64,000 bases of DNA from a virus (Duplodnaviria > Caudoviricetes). The DNA lies in the IMG/VR virus record IMGVR_UViG_3300021295_000003, positions 1 through 64,000 of that record; one strand, written 5' to 3'. Positions 17,894-27,221 of the stretch are shown piece by piece. The notes under the pieces are model-generated. The model saw only the letters and a list, made by a program, of their open reading frames with translations, was not told where the DNA came from and made no database searches. Each line of letters starts with the position of its first letter. Position 1 is the stretch's first letter. A program made the position numbers and the translations under genes.

Positions 17894-19900
17894 ATGAGTA
17901 GCGATACCACTACAAAACAATTAAAAGAAACCTTAACTCCAGTGTACAAACCTTCATTGGAAAAGGACATTTACACAGGTTTAATAAGTGAATTCTATCT
18001 CCAAAACACCGATGACATTGAAGTTGAAAAAATACTCACTGAATTACATAACAACTTTGATGATCATGAGGTTAATCTTGGTGACATCATAGCATTAAAA
18101 GACAAGATGTATAATGGAGAGGTAGAACCTAATAGTGGCGTAGATGGTATCAGCAAACTTTTAACTGTAAACTATGATAAGAAAATTTCTAAAAAGACTG
18201 TGAAAGGCATTAAACATGCATTACAGAAACATGATGCTCATAATGTCCTTTCATTGAACTTATCTAAAACTAGAAGTTTAAGATTAGATGAAGGGAAATG
18301 TGAAGTAATCATACTGTCTATTAGTTTCAACACTAAAGGAGAGGACAACACCGATTACTTACGTGTATTATCCTGTTATCCAAAACGTATAATTATACAT
18401 GATAACCCAATAAGTGATGCTGGAAGGACCTTTACTATATACTGGGTAACCAAAAAAGGCACAAGTTTCAAAACAGAAACCATGATGATTCCTGAAATTG
18501 AAAACTATCTTGAAAACCATGCATACGTATTATCTCCAAAAACACTACGTGGAACTGTAGCAGGAATAATTCAAATAGCAATCGACAATGAAATTGCCAT
18601 CCTGAAAAATGAAATTGAAACACCAGGATTCTATTGGAATCCTGAAACTGAAAAAATAGACATCATTGATTACAAATACACACCACCAACTACTAGTGAG
18701 TTGGAAAAATCTTTGAAATTGATTGAAGATTTAGCTGCTGATTTCAAAGACCATGAGGATAAACTAGCAACAATCTTGAAATGGAATCTAGTATCTGCAT
18801 TTGGATTTGCAAAGAAACAAATGGGATTACCATTAGAGCAATTAATCCCTTACCTCTACCATTATGGGAAAGCTGGAAGTGGTAAAACCACCATCTCCAG
18901 GATAGGTTTATACTTTTGGAGCGAACCCTCCACCGAAAATGACATAGGTGGAAGCGAAGCAGACACCATCGCAAGACTAGGAGAGCAAATCAGCAAATCT
19001 ACATTTCCCAAAATCATTAACGAACCTGACACTATATTCAAAAAGAAAACATTAACAGAAACAATGAAAACTTCAGTGGAACGGACCAATGCCAGGCGTA
19101 GATTTGAAGGAAAAGTATTCCAAACAATACTTGCTTTAGCTACAGTACAATTCACATCCAATCATGCATTACCTAACAATGAAGGTTTATCCAGGAGATT
19201 CTTACAAATACTTTATTCTCATAGTGAGAAAAAAACTGATGCTGAAAAAGAAGCATTCATGAAAAAGTACCGTATGGATCAACCAAGCGAATGTAAATTC
19301 CATGACTTGAAACCATTAGCTAATTTTTCATTGGAGTATATAGTTAATCGACCTGAAGTTTTAAGATTGGATTGGCAGACTTTATCTAATAAACTAATCA
19401 TGCAAGCATATATTCGTTGTCAACGTAATGTGCCTGAATGGTTGCTTACTTTTGTTGAATCTGTCACTGATGATGACCTGGATGAAGAGGAAACTGAAGA
19501 GTTAAGAATGTTTTTCATTGATGAAATCAACAGCAAAATTGGTAAAGTCAACAGTGATGTATGGGAATCACCTTCAGATAAACCAAAGAGTGTTAAAAGT
19601 GCTGAAGATTTCCATAAACGAGTATTTGATGTTATCAATGAAAGATTAATCCCATATATGGGAATACATCACAGTAGAAAAAACAATACTGATTATGTTT
19701 TTTTCACTAGTGGTTTGAAAAAAGCATTGCATGGTGCAAATCAGATTTGTTATGATGTTAAAAGTATTGCTGAATTATTAGGTTGGCATTATGAACCTGT
19801 GAAAATTGATGGGAAAACTGCACGTGTTATGCGTGTAAGATTTGAGAAATTTATCAGGTTTTTATATCCTGATTATAGTAACATGGAGGGCAATTGGTAA
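17894..19900 (+). CDS. P-loop replicative helicase/initiator-like protein
   Basis: Walker A GKAGSGKTT, IINEP, FTSNH, arginine finger LSRRF; iterons immediately downstream. Confidence 0.7.
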   Translation: MSSDTTTKQLKETLTPVYKPSLEKDIYTGLISEFYLQNTDDIEVEKILTELHNNFDDHEVNLGDIIALKDKMYNGEVEPNSGVDGISKLLTVNYDKKISKKTVKGIKHALQKHDAHNVLSLNLSKTRSLRLDEGKCEVIILSISFNTKGEDNTDYLRVLSCYPKRIIIHDNPISDAGRTFTIYWVTKKGTSFKTETMMIPEIENYLENHAYVLSPKTLRGTVAGIIQIAIDNEIAILKNEIETPGFYWNPETEKIDIIDYKYTPPTTSELEKSLKLIEDLAADFKDHEDKLATILKWNLVSAFGFAKKQMGLPLEQLIPYLYHYGKAGSGKTTISRIGLYFWSEPSTENDIGGSEADTIARLGEQISKSTFPKIINEPDTIFKKKTLTETMKTSVERTNARRRFEGKVFQTILALATVQFTSNHALPNNEGLSRRFLQILYSHSEKKTDAEKEAFMKKYRMDQPSECKFHDLKPLANFSLEYIVNRPEVLRLDWQTLSNKLIMQAYIRCQRNVPEWLLTFVESVTDDDLDEEETEELRMFFIDEINSKIGKVNSDVWESPSDKPKSVKSAEDFHKRVFDVINERLIPYMGIHHSRKNNTDYVFFTSGLKKALHGANQICYDVKSIAELLGWHYEPVKIDGKTARVMRVRFEKFIRFLYPDYSNMEGNW

Positions 19901-20157
19901 AGGTTACATGAAATTTCGGAAAGGTTACATTTCGTTAATGTTACTATTTTCAAAATCGTAAAAAGGAGTATAATGGTTTGTTTCGTGATTTGGAGCATTT
20001 TTTGCCATGTAACTTTTTATGATTTTTGAGGTTACATTTGGTGGAATGAGACACCCCCCTATAGTACCAAAATAGTATACTATAGTGATGTAACCATGTA
20101 ACCATGTAACCTTAACACCTATGAAAAATAGCCATGTAACCATGTAACCATGTAACT
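19901..20157. repeat. Iteron cluster, putative replication origin
   Basis: About 10 ATGTAAC/GTTACAT copies, including two tandem triplets with 8-bp period. Confidence 0.7.
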
Positions 20158-20181
20158 TTTAGAAAAAGAGGTAAAAGTATT

Positions 20182-20538
20182 ATGTTAAACTGCAATCAAC
20201 CAAACTGCAAAAACCACCGAACCTGCAATCTAAAAGAACCAACAACCAAGTACACAACCGAAATACAATACTGGTTAAAAGAACTAAAAAAAGCCAAAAA
20301 GAGAATCTATGACTACAGAGAAACTGTAAAAGAAATTCAACAACACAAATATTCCATTCCAATAAACGTATACGGTCACATAGAATACGCACCACAACAA
20401 AATGCATTCGGAGTATTCATAAAAAGACCTGAACATGTCTACTACGGATGGAACTTAAACAACTTAAACAAGATCGTTGAAGAAATCACTGAAAGAATAA
20501 GAGAACTAAAAATGAAAGAACTGAGGACAGAATCATGA
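20182..20538 (+). CDS. Hypothetical protein with N-terminal Cys cluster
   Basis: CNQPNCKNHRTC; GAGGT RBS. Confidence 0.5.
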   Translation: MLNCNQPNCKNHRTCNLKEPTTKYTTEIQYWLKELKKAKKRIYDYRETVKEIQQHKYSIPINVYGHIEYAPQQNAFGVFIKRPEHVYYGWNLNNLNKIVEEITERIRELKMKELRTES

Positions 20539-20713
20539 AATCACATGAATTACTTGAAATGAAATTAGCAGATGTCAGCGACACACTACTGCAGCGTAAA
20601 TGCGAAACACAACAACCAATAGTAAAAGTAGATATCCCAGGATACGATACCACTACTGGAAAAAGAATGCTCCTGACAATCACATTAAGAGAATGCAATG
20701 GAGATGAGTAACA

Positions 20714-20932
20714 TTGCAAAATCATGAACTACAACAAGCACTACAAAACTATGATAATGATAGTCAAGTAGTACTATTAGTCAAATATAACGGAGCATAT
20801 GGATTATTCACAGATATAAAAGTTGGAGAAGCCAAAACCAAAGGAATCACATACGTAATATTCAACAGTGAAGAATTAGATGGAGATTACGAAGCAATAT
20901 TAGATGGCAAGGAGTGTGTATTCAATGACTAA
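20714..20932 (+). CDS. Hypothetical protein
   Basis: ORF within the operon. Confidence 0.45.
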   Translation: MQNHELQQALQNYDNDSQVVLLVKYNGAYGLFTDIKVGEAKTKGITYVIFNSEELDGDYEAILDGKECVFND

Positions 20933-21302
20933 ATTCAAAGTAAACGGAAAAGAAATGGATTACGTTCACATTCAAAAAAACATTGATGGATCTATCGAAG
21001 TCACATATAGTGAAAAATTCGATATTGTCACAGCACACATGAGTGACATTATGCAGAAAATACGCAACAATGGATTAACTGCACAGGTATTCCGAGCTAA
21101 TGCTAAAAAGTATGGTTATATTACAATCGTATTGAATAGACCTGAGGATTTAACTGGAGTATTATTTAGTTTGGATATTCCATTGGATGCATGTGACTGG
21201 TTAGATAAAGAGAATGGTTATGTAATTGTTGAAGTTGATAAGCTTCCAGGACATAAACCAGTATCTGAAATGAATCATATAAACGATGGAGTGAAAGCAT
21301 GA
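20925..21302 (+). CDS. Hypothetical protein
   Basis: Coupled ORF. Confidence 0.5.
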   Translation: MTKFKVNGKEMDYVHIQKNIDGSIEVTYSEKFDIVTAHMSDIMQKIRNNGLTAQVFRANAKKYGYITIVLNRPEDLTGVLFSLDIPLDACDWLDKENGYVIVEVDKLPGHKPVSEMNHINDGVKA

Positions 21303-21487
21303 CAATAAAAGCAATAGATGAGTTAAAGAAATCTCATGCCAGGATGACAACAGTATTGAATGAATTGGCAATCCTGGAAGATGGAGTAGATGCTGACTAT
21401 TCAGATGTAGTGATTGATTACAAATGGATAGTCCGTATGTTGGAAAATCGTAGAGAATCATTACAAAAAAGGGGGCGTACCTTATGA
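21299..21487 (+). CDS. Hypothetical protein
   Basis: ATGA overlaps. Confidence 0.5.
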   Translation: MTIKAIDELKKSHARMTTVLNELAILEDGVDADYSDVVIDYKWIVRMLENRRESLQKRGRTL

Positions 21488-21870
21488 GTAATTTGAACGA
21501 AGAAGACATTGCTAAAATGTTAGATATGGAAAATGCCGAAATAACCTATGAAGTTGAAATTAAAGGATTAATGGATAATTTGGAGGAATGGGAAACCTTG
21601 ATTGAAGAATTAAGCAGTAAGGAAAAAGCATTATTGGAGTGGAAGGAGTTATATCAATCTCATAGTGAGATGATTATTGCTGAAACTGACTTTAAAAGTC
21701 TTTATGGAGCAAACAATCAGAAAGTCAGAGATAATCATGTGAAAAAAGAATTAGGGACTTGGTATGATACTATTAAGGATTTAGAATTTAGTATTGATTG
21801 GATTGGTCGTAGGATTAGTTTTTTAAGGGAGTTAATCCGAGTGAAAAGAACAATAATGGAAAGTAAGTAG
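21484..21870 (+). CDS. Coiled-coil protein ('X')
   Basis: C-terminal half is paralogous to 22608..23090. Confidence 0.6.
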   Translation: MSNLNEEDIAKMLDMENAEITYEVEIKGLMDNLEEWETLIEELSSKEKALLEWKELYQSHSEMIIAETDFKSLYGANNQKVRDNHVKKELGTWYDTIKDLEFSIDWIGRRISFLRELIRVKRTIMESK

Positions 21871-21911
21871 AGCGAGTGAATAATAGTTTACAAGTATACT
21901 AAAATGATAAT

Positions 21912-22601
21912 ATGAGTAAATGTAGATTAATACATGGTGATTGTTTAGAGGAAATGGATAAACTCATTGATGAGGGTGTAAGAGTTGATATGATATTAAC
22001 TGACCCTCCATACCTTATGAATTATCATACGGGGCGGATAAAAGATAAATCCCACGATTTCAGAACTCCTATTGCCAATGACACTAACTTTGAATTGATA
22101 AAAGATGTTATGCCTTTACTTTACCGATTACTCAAAATGGGGGGGGGAATTTATATGTTCTGCAATAGTAACCATATAGATTATTTCAAACAACAAATCC
22201 AAGAATACTTTGATTTTAAGAATATACTGATTTGGATTAAGAATAATCATAGTGCAGGAGATTTAGTCGGAGCATATGGTAAGAAAACAGAGTTTATAAT
22301 CTATGCAAGTAAAGGAAAACATATTTTAAATGGAAATCGTGATGTAGACACTTTGTTTTATGATAGAGTTGTTGGAAATAAACAAGTACATCAAAATCAG
22401 AAACCAGTTAAGTTATTGGAATATCTTATAGGGAAGTCCAGTAACTTCGGTGAAACTGTACTCGATTGTTTTATGGGTAGTGGTTCGACTGGTGTTGCTT
22501 GTCTGCAAACCAATCGTAACTTTATAGGAATTGAATTAGATGAGAAATATTACAACATTGCTAAAAAGCGATGCAGTAACTATCAAAGTAAATTGATGTG
22601 A
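21912..22601 (+). CDS. DNA N6-adenine/N4-cytosine methyltransferase (beta class)
   Basis: LTDPPY, HQNQKP, VLDCFMGSGSTG, FIGIELD. Confidence 0.9.
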   Translation: MSKCRLIHGDCLEEMDKLIDEGVRVDMILTDPPYLMNYHTGRIKDKSHDFRTPIANDTNFELIKDVMPLLYRLLKMGGGIYMFCNSNHIDYFKQQIQEYFDFKNILIWIKNNHSAGDLVGAYGKKTEFIIYASKGKHILNGNRDVDTLFYDRVVGNKQVHQNQKPVKLLEYLIGKSSNFGETVLDCFMGSGSTGVACLQTNRNFIGIELDEKYYNIAKKRCSNYQSKLM

Positions 22602-22607
22602 TTAATT

Positions 22608-23090
22608 ATGGAATTTAAGGATTGTGAGTATAGATATACGGAAGATGATATTCTTTACTGTGATAACAAATATGATAAAGACAACCGTTGTGATAACTGC
22701 AAACAGAACATTCACTTGAATTGTACTAACTATAATCCTAAAAAGGATTTCTGTTTGAAATTCTTTGAACCTGAAGTGAGTCTAATGGCAGATTGTAAAG
22801 AGAAATCTGTATTTAATGATAAGGAGTTGAGCCGTAAGGAAGTGTTATTGTATAGGAAGAAAGAAGCTTATCAAGTGATGTCTGATAAAATTATTGGTGA
22901 AACTGACTTTAAGGCATTGTTTGGTAAGAATAATGCTGATGTAAGAAAACAGTATGTTAAGGAACAGTTACGCACTGAACATGAAACTATTAAGGCTTTG
23001 GAGTTCAGTATTGACTGGATTGGTCGTAGAATATCATTCCTCCGTGAGTTGGTGAAAACCAAAAGAGGTTTAATGGAAGTGAAATCTTGA
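22608..23090 (+). CDS. Hybrid ORF: Cys-rich 'Y' N-terminal half fused to 'X' C-terminal half
   Basis: N-half aligns with 24836..25090; C-half aligns with 21484..21870. Confidence 0.65.
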   Translation: MEFKDCEYRYTEDDILYCDNKYDKDNRCDNCKQNIHLNCTNYNPKKDFCLKFFEPEVSLMADCKEKSVFNDKELSRKEVLLYRKKEAYQVMSDKIIGETDFKALFGKNNADVRKQYVKEQLRTEHETIKALEFSIDWIGRRISFLRELVKTKRGLMEVKS

Positions 23091-23287
23091 TGCAGATGGG
23101 TTTAGGGTTAGCGTGTAACTTATGTGGTGAGTGTGTTAGTGTCTGTTCTGGTAAGGCACTAACCATTACCAGTGATGAGTTGGTCTTTGATGGCAGTAAG
23201 TGTACTTACTGTGAGTCTTGTATGGACGTCTGCCCAGAATGTGCGATTAGAATATATGAAAGGAGATGGAATAATGCCCTTAATTAG
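23087..23287 (+). CDS. 2[4Fe-4S] ferredoxin
   Basis: CNLCGECVSVC and CTYCESCMDVCP. Confidence 0.85.
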   Translation: MMQMGLGLACNLCGECVSVCSGKALTITSDELVFDGSKCTYCESCMDVCPECAIRIYERRWNNALN

Positions 23288-24260
23288 ATTTCTATTCAAA
23301 GAAGATGAAAAAATAATAGAAGACATCGTATCTGAAAGAAATGTCAAACCTAAAACAGCACAAACTTATTATCAAACCGTTTCTCATTATTCCGAATATT
23401 TCAACAAACCATTTACTAAATTAATCAAAATTTATCAGAAAGAAGAGGAATCAAAGGTCTGGAAAAAAAGAACCTTAAAAAAACATTTGGTAGCATTCCG
23501 CAATCATTTGTACAACACATATTTACAAAAAACTGCTAAAATTTATTTTTCAAAACTACTGACCATTTTTAGACATTTGGAAATCGAATTAAGTTATCTT
23601 CCAAAATTGAATAATAAAAACATCAATGAACTTCCACCGATAACTTATGAAGATTTACTGACTAAACAAGACTTGCAAAGGGCTTATGATATCGCAAATC
23701 CTACAATGAAAGCAGTTATATTGTTCCAGTCTTCAAGCGGTTGTGCAAGAAGAGAAACTTTGAACTTAACTGTGGAAGATTATATTTTAGCAAATAATGT
23801 TCAGATTGAAGACATTCCACTTAAAACTTTATTGTTAAAGATAGATACAAATGGAATCCCCTCATTTAAGCTTTTAAGACAAAAAACAAACAAGTATTAT
23901 TTCACATATTGCAGTCCAAGAGCAAATAGAGAGATATTTGAATTGTTAATAAATAGAGATAATCTTACATTGCAAAGCCCTTTATTTGATTTGAATTTAT
24001 ACTATTGGAACAAATATTACGCCGAAATCAATGAGGAATTAGGATTGGGTAAAGTAAGAACTTTTAACAAGTTCAGAAGCCATATGATTCGTAAGTTTCA
24101 TGCCAGTACATTGTATAACAATGGTTTAAGTATGGATGATGTAGATAGTCTTCAAGGTAGAGGTAAAGACAGTACACATCAAGCATACTTTATGGAAGAC
24201 CCTAAACTTCTTAAAAAGAAGTATATCGATCATATGGATTGTTTGTTATTGGAGGTTTAA
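23274..24260 (+). CDS. Tyrosine recombinase
   Basis: SSGCARRE, HMIRKFH, LQGR, AYF; the ATG at 23274 follows an AGGAGA RBS. Confidence 0.85.
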   Translation: MPLIRFLFKEDEKIIEDIVSERNVKPKTAQTYYQTVSHYSEYFNKPFTKLIKIYQKEEESKVWKKRTLKKHLVAFRNHLYNTYLQKTAKIYFSKLLTIFRHLEIELSYLPKLNNKNINELPPITYEDLLTKQDLQRAYDIANPTMKAVILFQSSSGCARRETLNLTVEDYILANNVQIEDIPLKTLLLKIDTNGIPSFKLLRQKTNKYYFTYCSPRANREIFELLINRDNLTLQSPLFDLNLYYWNKYYAEINEELGLGKVRTFNKFRSHMIRKFHASTLYNNGLSMDDVDSLQGRGKDSTHQAYFMEDPKLLKKKYIDHMDCLLLEV

Positions 24261-24261
24261 T

Positions 24262-24630
24262 ATGAAATCAATTCCAGGAACAAAATATATTACTTCTGCA
24301 GTAATGAATGGTCGTCGTTATTTCCCTGTTTATAAATGTGTTGATGGCAGGTCTCGTTTCTTTGGACAAGGACGTACATTGATTGAAGCATTAATGATTA
24401 GAGATTGGTGTATTGCAAATAACTGGGAAAAAAGGTATTCTAAACATTCTACTGGTGAGAAGTATATTTGCATAGTAAATGGGGATTATCGAGTTGCTAA
24501 ACACATTGATGGGGTATGTGAAAACTTTGGTTCATTTAAAAATTTAGAAGAGGCAATAAAAGAAAGAGACTTATGTATTGCTTGTAATTGGGATTGGGAT
24601 GAAATATGTGAATGTATTGATGAAGAGTGA
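24262..24630 (+). CDS. AP2-like DNA-binding repeat protein
   Basis: Two YI..FG..LEEA..RD.C...NW units. Confidence 0.5.
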   Translation: MKSIPGTKYITSAVMNGRRYFPVYKCVDGRSRFFGQGRTLIEALMIRDWCIANNWEKRYSKHSTGEKYICIVNGDYRVAKHIDGVCENFGSFKNLEEAIKERDLCIACNWDWDEICECIDEE

Positions 24631-24839
24631 GTTTTATGAGTAAAGATATTTCAAAATATGCTCCTCCAAGTGATGAATTATTAGATGTTTTAGGAATGAG
24701 ATTAATTGATATCCAAAACAAGTTAATGCTTCAGATGGAAGCGAAAGGAGTCAAACAAGATTGGATTGGATTCAAAGCGATGAATGGATTTAATAATAAA
24801 CAATATGAATTAAGAATTTGCATGAGGGAGTTAGAATGA
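24627..24839 (+). CDS. Hypothetical protein
   Basis: Coupled ORF. Confidence 0.45.
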   Translation: MSFMSKDISKYAPPSDELLDVLGMRLIDIQNKLMLQMEAKGVKQDWIGFKAMNGFNNKQYELRICMRELE

Positions 24840-25090
24840 ATGAGTTTAAAGATTGTGAGTATCGTTATGAGGAAGATAACATGCTCTATTGTAAGAATAA
24901 GTTAGACAAGGACGATAGATGTGATAATTGCAAAAACAATGTGCATTTGAATTGTGACAATTATGTTCCAAAGAATGATATGTGTTTATTGTTCTTTGAA
25001 TTAGGAGTCAGTGAAGTCAGCCAGTATGATACTTGTGCGGAAAAGGTGATTTACAATGACAAAAACTTGCAGAGAAAATGGTCAAACTGA
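24836..25090 (+). CDS. Cys-rich protein ('Y')
   Basis: EFKDCEYRY..LYC..RCDNCK..HLNC. Confidence 0.6.
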   Translation: MNEFKDCEYRYEEDNMLYCKNKLDKDDRCDNCKNNVHLNCDNYVPKNDMCLLFFELGVSEVSQYDTCAEKVIYNDKNLQRKWSN

Positions 25091-25175
25091 ATGTAAGCAT
25101 TGCACCCATGATGGTTACTGTACTGTCTTTGAATGTATCTGCGACACTACTGGTTACTGTGGAGTGAAATCATGA
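25056..25175 (+). CDS. Cys-rich microprotein
   Basis: MTKTCRENGQTECKHCTHDGYCTVFECICDTTGYCGVKS; AGGTGA RBS. Confidence 0.45.
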   Translation: MTKTCRENGQTECKHCTHDGYCTVFECICDTTGYCGVKS

Positions 25176-25390
25176 TTACTGTAATCAGCCAAACTACAAA
25201 GGAACGTGAAGAAGAAACAAGACAATTATTCCTACAATTAAAACCATTATTAGACCAAGGTTACACACTAAGCAAAGCAGTAAAACAAGAACTCAATATT
25301 AAACATGGAGCATTCTACAATCAAGCATGGTACAAAGACTTGAAAAAAGAATGCATCAAGCAGGGAGTGAAACCCAATGGAAACTATTAA
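25172..25390 (+). CDS. Hypothetical protein, possible HTH
   Basis: LLDQGYTLSKAVK; ATGA coupling. Confidence 0.45.
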   Translation: MITVISQTTKEREEETRQLFLQLKPLLDQGYTLSKAVKQELNIKHGAFYNQAWYKDLKKECIKQGVKPNGNY

Positions 25391-25670
25391 CAAGGAATAC
25401 TTGATAAGAGTAGCTGACTACATGAAACTACCACGACCAAAACACCGTAGCAGATTCATAGTGAACTACGGTGAAATTTTACCAATTATTTTGGTGGAGA
25501 GTGGTGAAGTGTGAAAACTTGCAGTAACTGCAAACATGCAAACTTACACATCCCATATTGGACTTTTCCCTGGAGTGATCCATACTGCAGTAAAGGGCAT
25601 GGGAAATGTGAAGTTGATAAGAGTTGTGATGATTTTGAATTAATTGGAAGATTAAGCAGGTGATGTGTGA

Positions 25671-25961
25671 ATGACTGAAAAACGATTTGTTGATGATGGA
25701 TTTGAAGCGATTGATGAACAGAGTTTTACAGATACTGAAACCGATAAAACTTATTATGTTGATTACTTTGATGAAATTATTGATTTATGTAATGAGTTAA
25801 ACGATGAAAATCAAAGACTCAAAAAGGAACTGGAAGAATGCAAGAATAATAAATTATTCAGTCGCAGAGAACTTGAAAGAGAAAACAAGGAACTCAAATA
25901 TCATTTAAACAGAACAGAAAAAGAATTAAAAGAATATAAAGAATTTATGAGTTTAGGGTGA
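25671..25961 (+). CDS. MTEKRF-family protein 1
   Basis: Shared N-terminus; NELNDENQRLK. Confidence 0.65.
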   Translation: MTEKRFVDDGFEAIDEQSFTDTETDKTYYVDYFDEIIDLCNELNDENQRLKKELEECKNNKLFSRRELERENKELKYHLNRTEKELKEYKEFMSLG

Positions 25962-25967
25962 TTTTGA

Positions 25968-26147
25968 ATGACTGAATTTACTATTGGTAATATTTGTAAA
26001 GAAGTGCAAAGAATAAGGTTTGATTTGGAAAATGAAGATGTTGCAAGTGCAATTAAAAGATGTGATAATCTTGATGAGTTATTATGTGAAATTGAAGATG
26101 GAAAACATACATTAGTTATAGGAGATACTGTAATTACAATAAATTAA
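25968..26147 (+). CDS. MTE-leader small protein
   Basis: GGTGA RBS, GAATGACTGAA start. Confidence 0.5.
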   Translation: MTEFTIGNICKEVQRIRFDLENEDVASAIKRCDNLDELLCEIEDGKHTLVIGDTVITIN

Positions 26148-26161
26148 AATGGTGATGTGGA

Positions 26162-26380
26162 ATGACTGAAAATCAATTAACTTACTATAAAGGTCGGCAT
26201 AAAAATCCACGATGGATACATTACAATAAAAAATCTAAAAAATATACTATTAATCGTGTTGTTCATAATTTCAGAACTTATTTCGGAAGTTATGATACAT
26301 TAGAAGAAGCCGAACGAGTTGTTGAATTTTTGAACAAAAATAATTAGGATAAAAATAAATTAAAGGAGATTGAGAAATGA
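26162..26380 (+). pseudogene. MTE-leader AP2-like protein with in-frame TAG near the C-terminus
   Basis: FGSYDTLEEAERVV..NN*DKNKLKEIEK; the extended frame ends in an ATGA overlap with the next gene. Confidence 0.45.
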
Positions 26381-26706
26381 CTGAAAAACGATTTACATTT
26401 GATATTGACAATGAAAATGGAACTGATGAACCATATTTCAACAATGGAACTGATAGTTTTTATGTGAATGATGCAGATGAAATGGAATTATTTCTTAAAG
26501 AAGTAAATGAATTACACAAAGAAAATCAAATTAAATTAGAGATTGTAGATGCTTTTATTCGGGGATTAGAAGATGAAAAAGGAATTGCTCCTGGAAATAA
26601 AGAGTTTCAATGCAAAATGAATTTTACTATTAAAATATTAAAGAAATTAAAAAAAGATATGCTTGACCCAACAGACTTTAAACGAGTAAAGGAGTTATCA
26701 GAATGA
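26377..26706 (+). CDS. MTEKRF-family protein 2
   Basis: Shared N-terminus; NELHKENQIK. Confidence 0.65.
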   Translation: MTEKRFTFDIDNENGTDEPYFNNGTDSFYVNDADEMELFLKEVNELHKENQIKLEIVDAFIRGLEDEKGIAPGNKEFQCKMNFTIKILKKLKKDMLDPTDFKRVKELSE

Positions 26707-27221
26707 CTGAAAAACGATTTCAATATAATGTGAATAAGAACACTATTGAAGAAAATGGGGAATTTGTAGCATATGTTAATAGTGTTGATGGTTTTAGGAT
26801 TGCAAACAAATTAACTACTCTTGCAAAAGAGAATGAGCAGTTAAAACAATCCTATAAGGAATTTGAAGATGAATGTCAATCTACTTTTAATGCAATGAGC
26901 AGAAAGCAAAATGATTTGTATCGTAAAAATTTTAAATTAAAAGAAGAGAATGAGCAGTTAAAATCTTCTGATACAATCACAGACCTTGAAACAGAAATAA
27001 TGAAACTTAAACAAGAGAATGAGCAGTTAAAACAACAATTCATATTATTATTAAAAAAATTAGGTAAGAAAAATGTTCAATGTAGTTTTTGTGAACATGG
27101 AGAGCATTATAGTGAATTAGTTGATGGATATTATGAACCACGATTTATTTGTCATAAAAAAGGGCAAGAGTACACACAAAGAAGTTTTTGTGAAGATTGG
27201 AAAATAATGGTGAAAGAATGA
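26703..27221 (+). CDS. MTEKRF-family protein 3 (coiled coil plus Cys cluster)
   Basis: Three ENEQLK repeats; CSFCEH..C..C. Confidence 0.65.
   Translation: MTEKRFQYNVNKNTIEENGEFVAYVNSVDGFRIANKLTTLAKENEQLKQSYKEFEDECQSTFNAMSRKQNDLYRKNFKLKEENEQLKSSDTITDLETEIMKLKQENEQLKQQFILLLKKLGKKNVQCSFCEHGEHYSELVDGYYEPRFICHKKGQEYTQRSFCEDWKIMVKE

Noticed and set aside
23172-23273. N-terminal extension of the recombinase
   Set aside because: Lies inside the ferredoxin gene; the RBS supports ATG 23274
26345-26347. Pyrrolysine or stop-codon reassignment
   Set aside because: Single case; other genes end normally at TAG; the viral tRNA has anticodon CCA, not CUA
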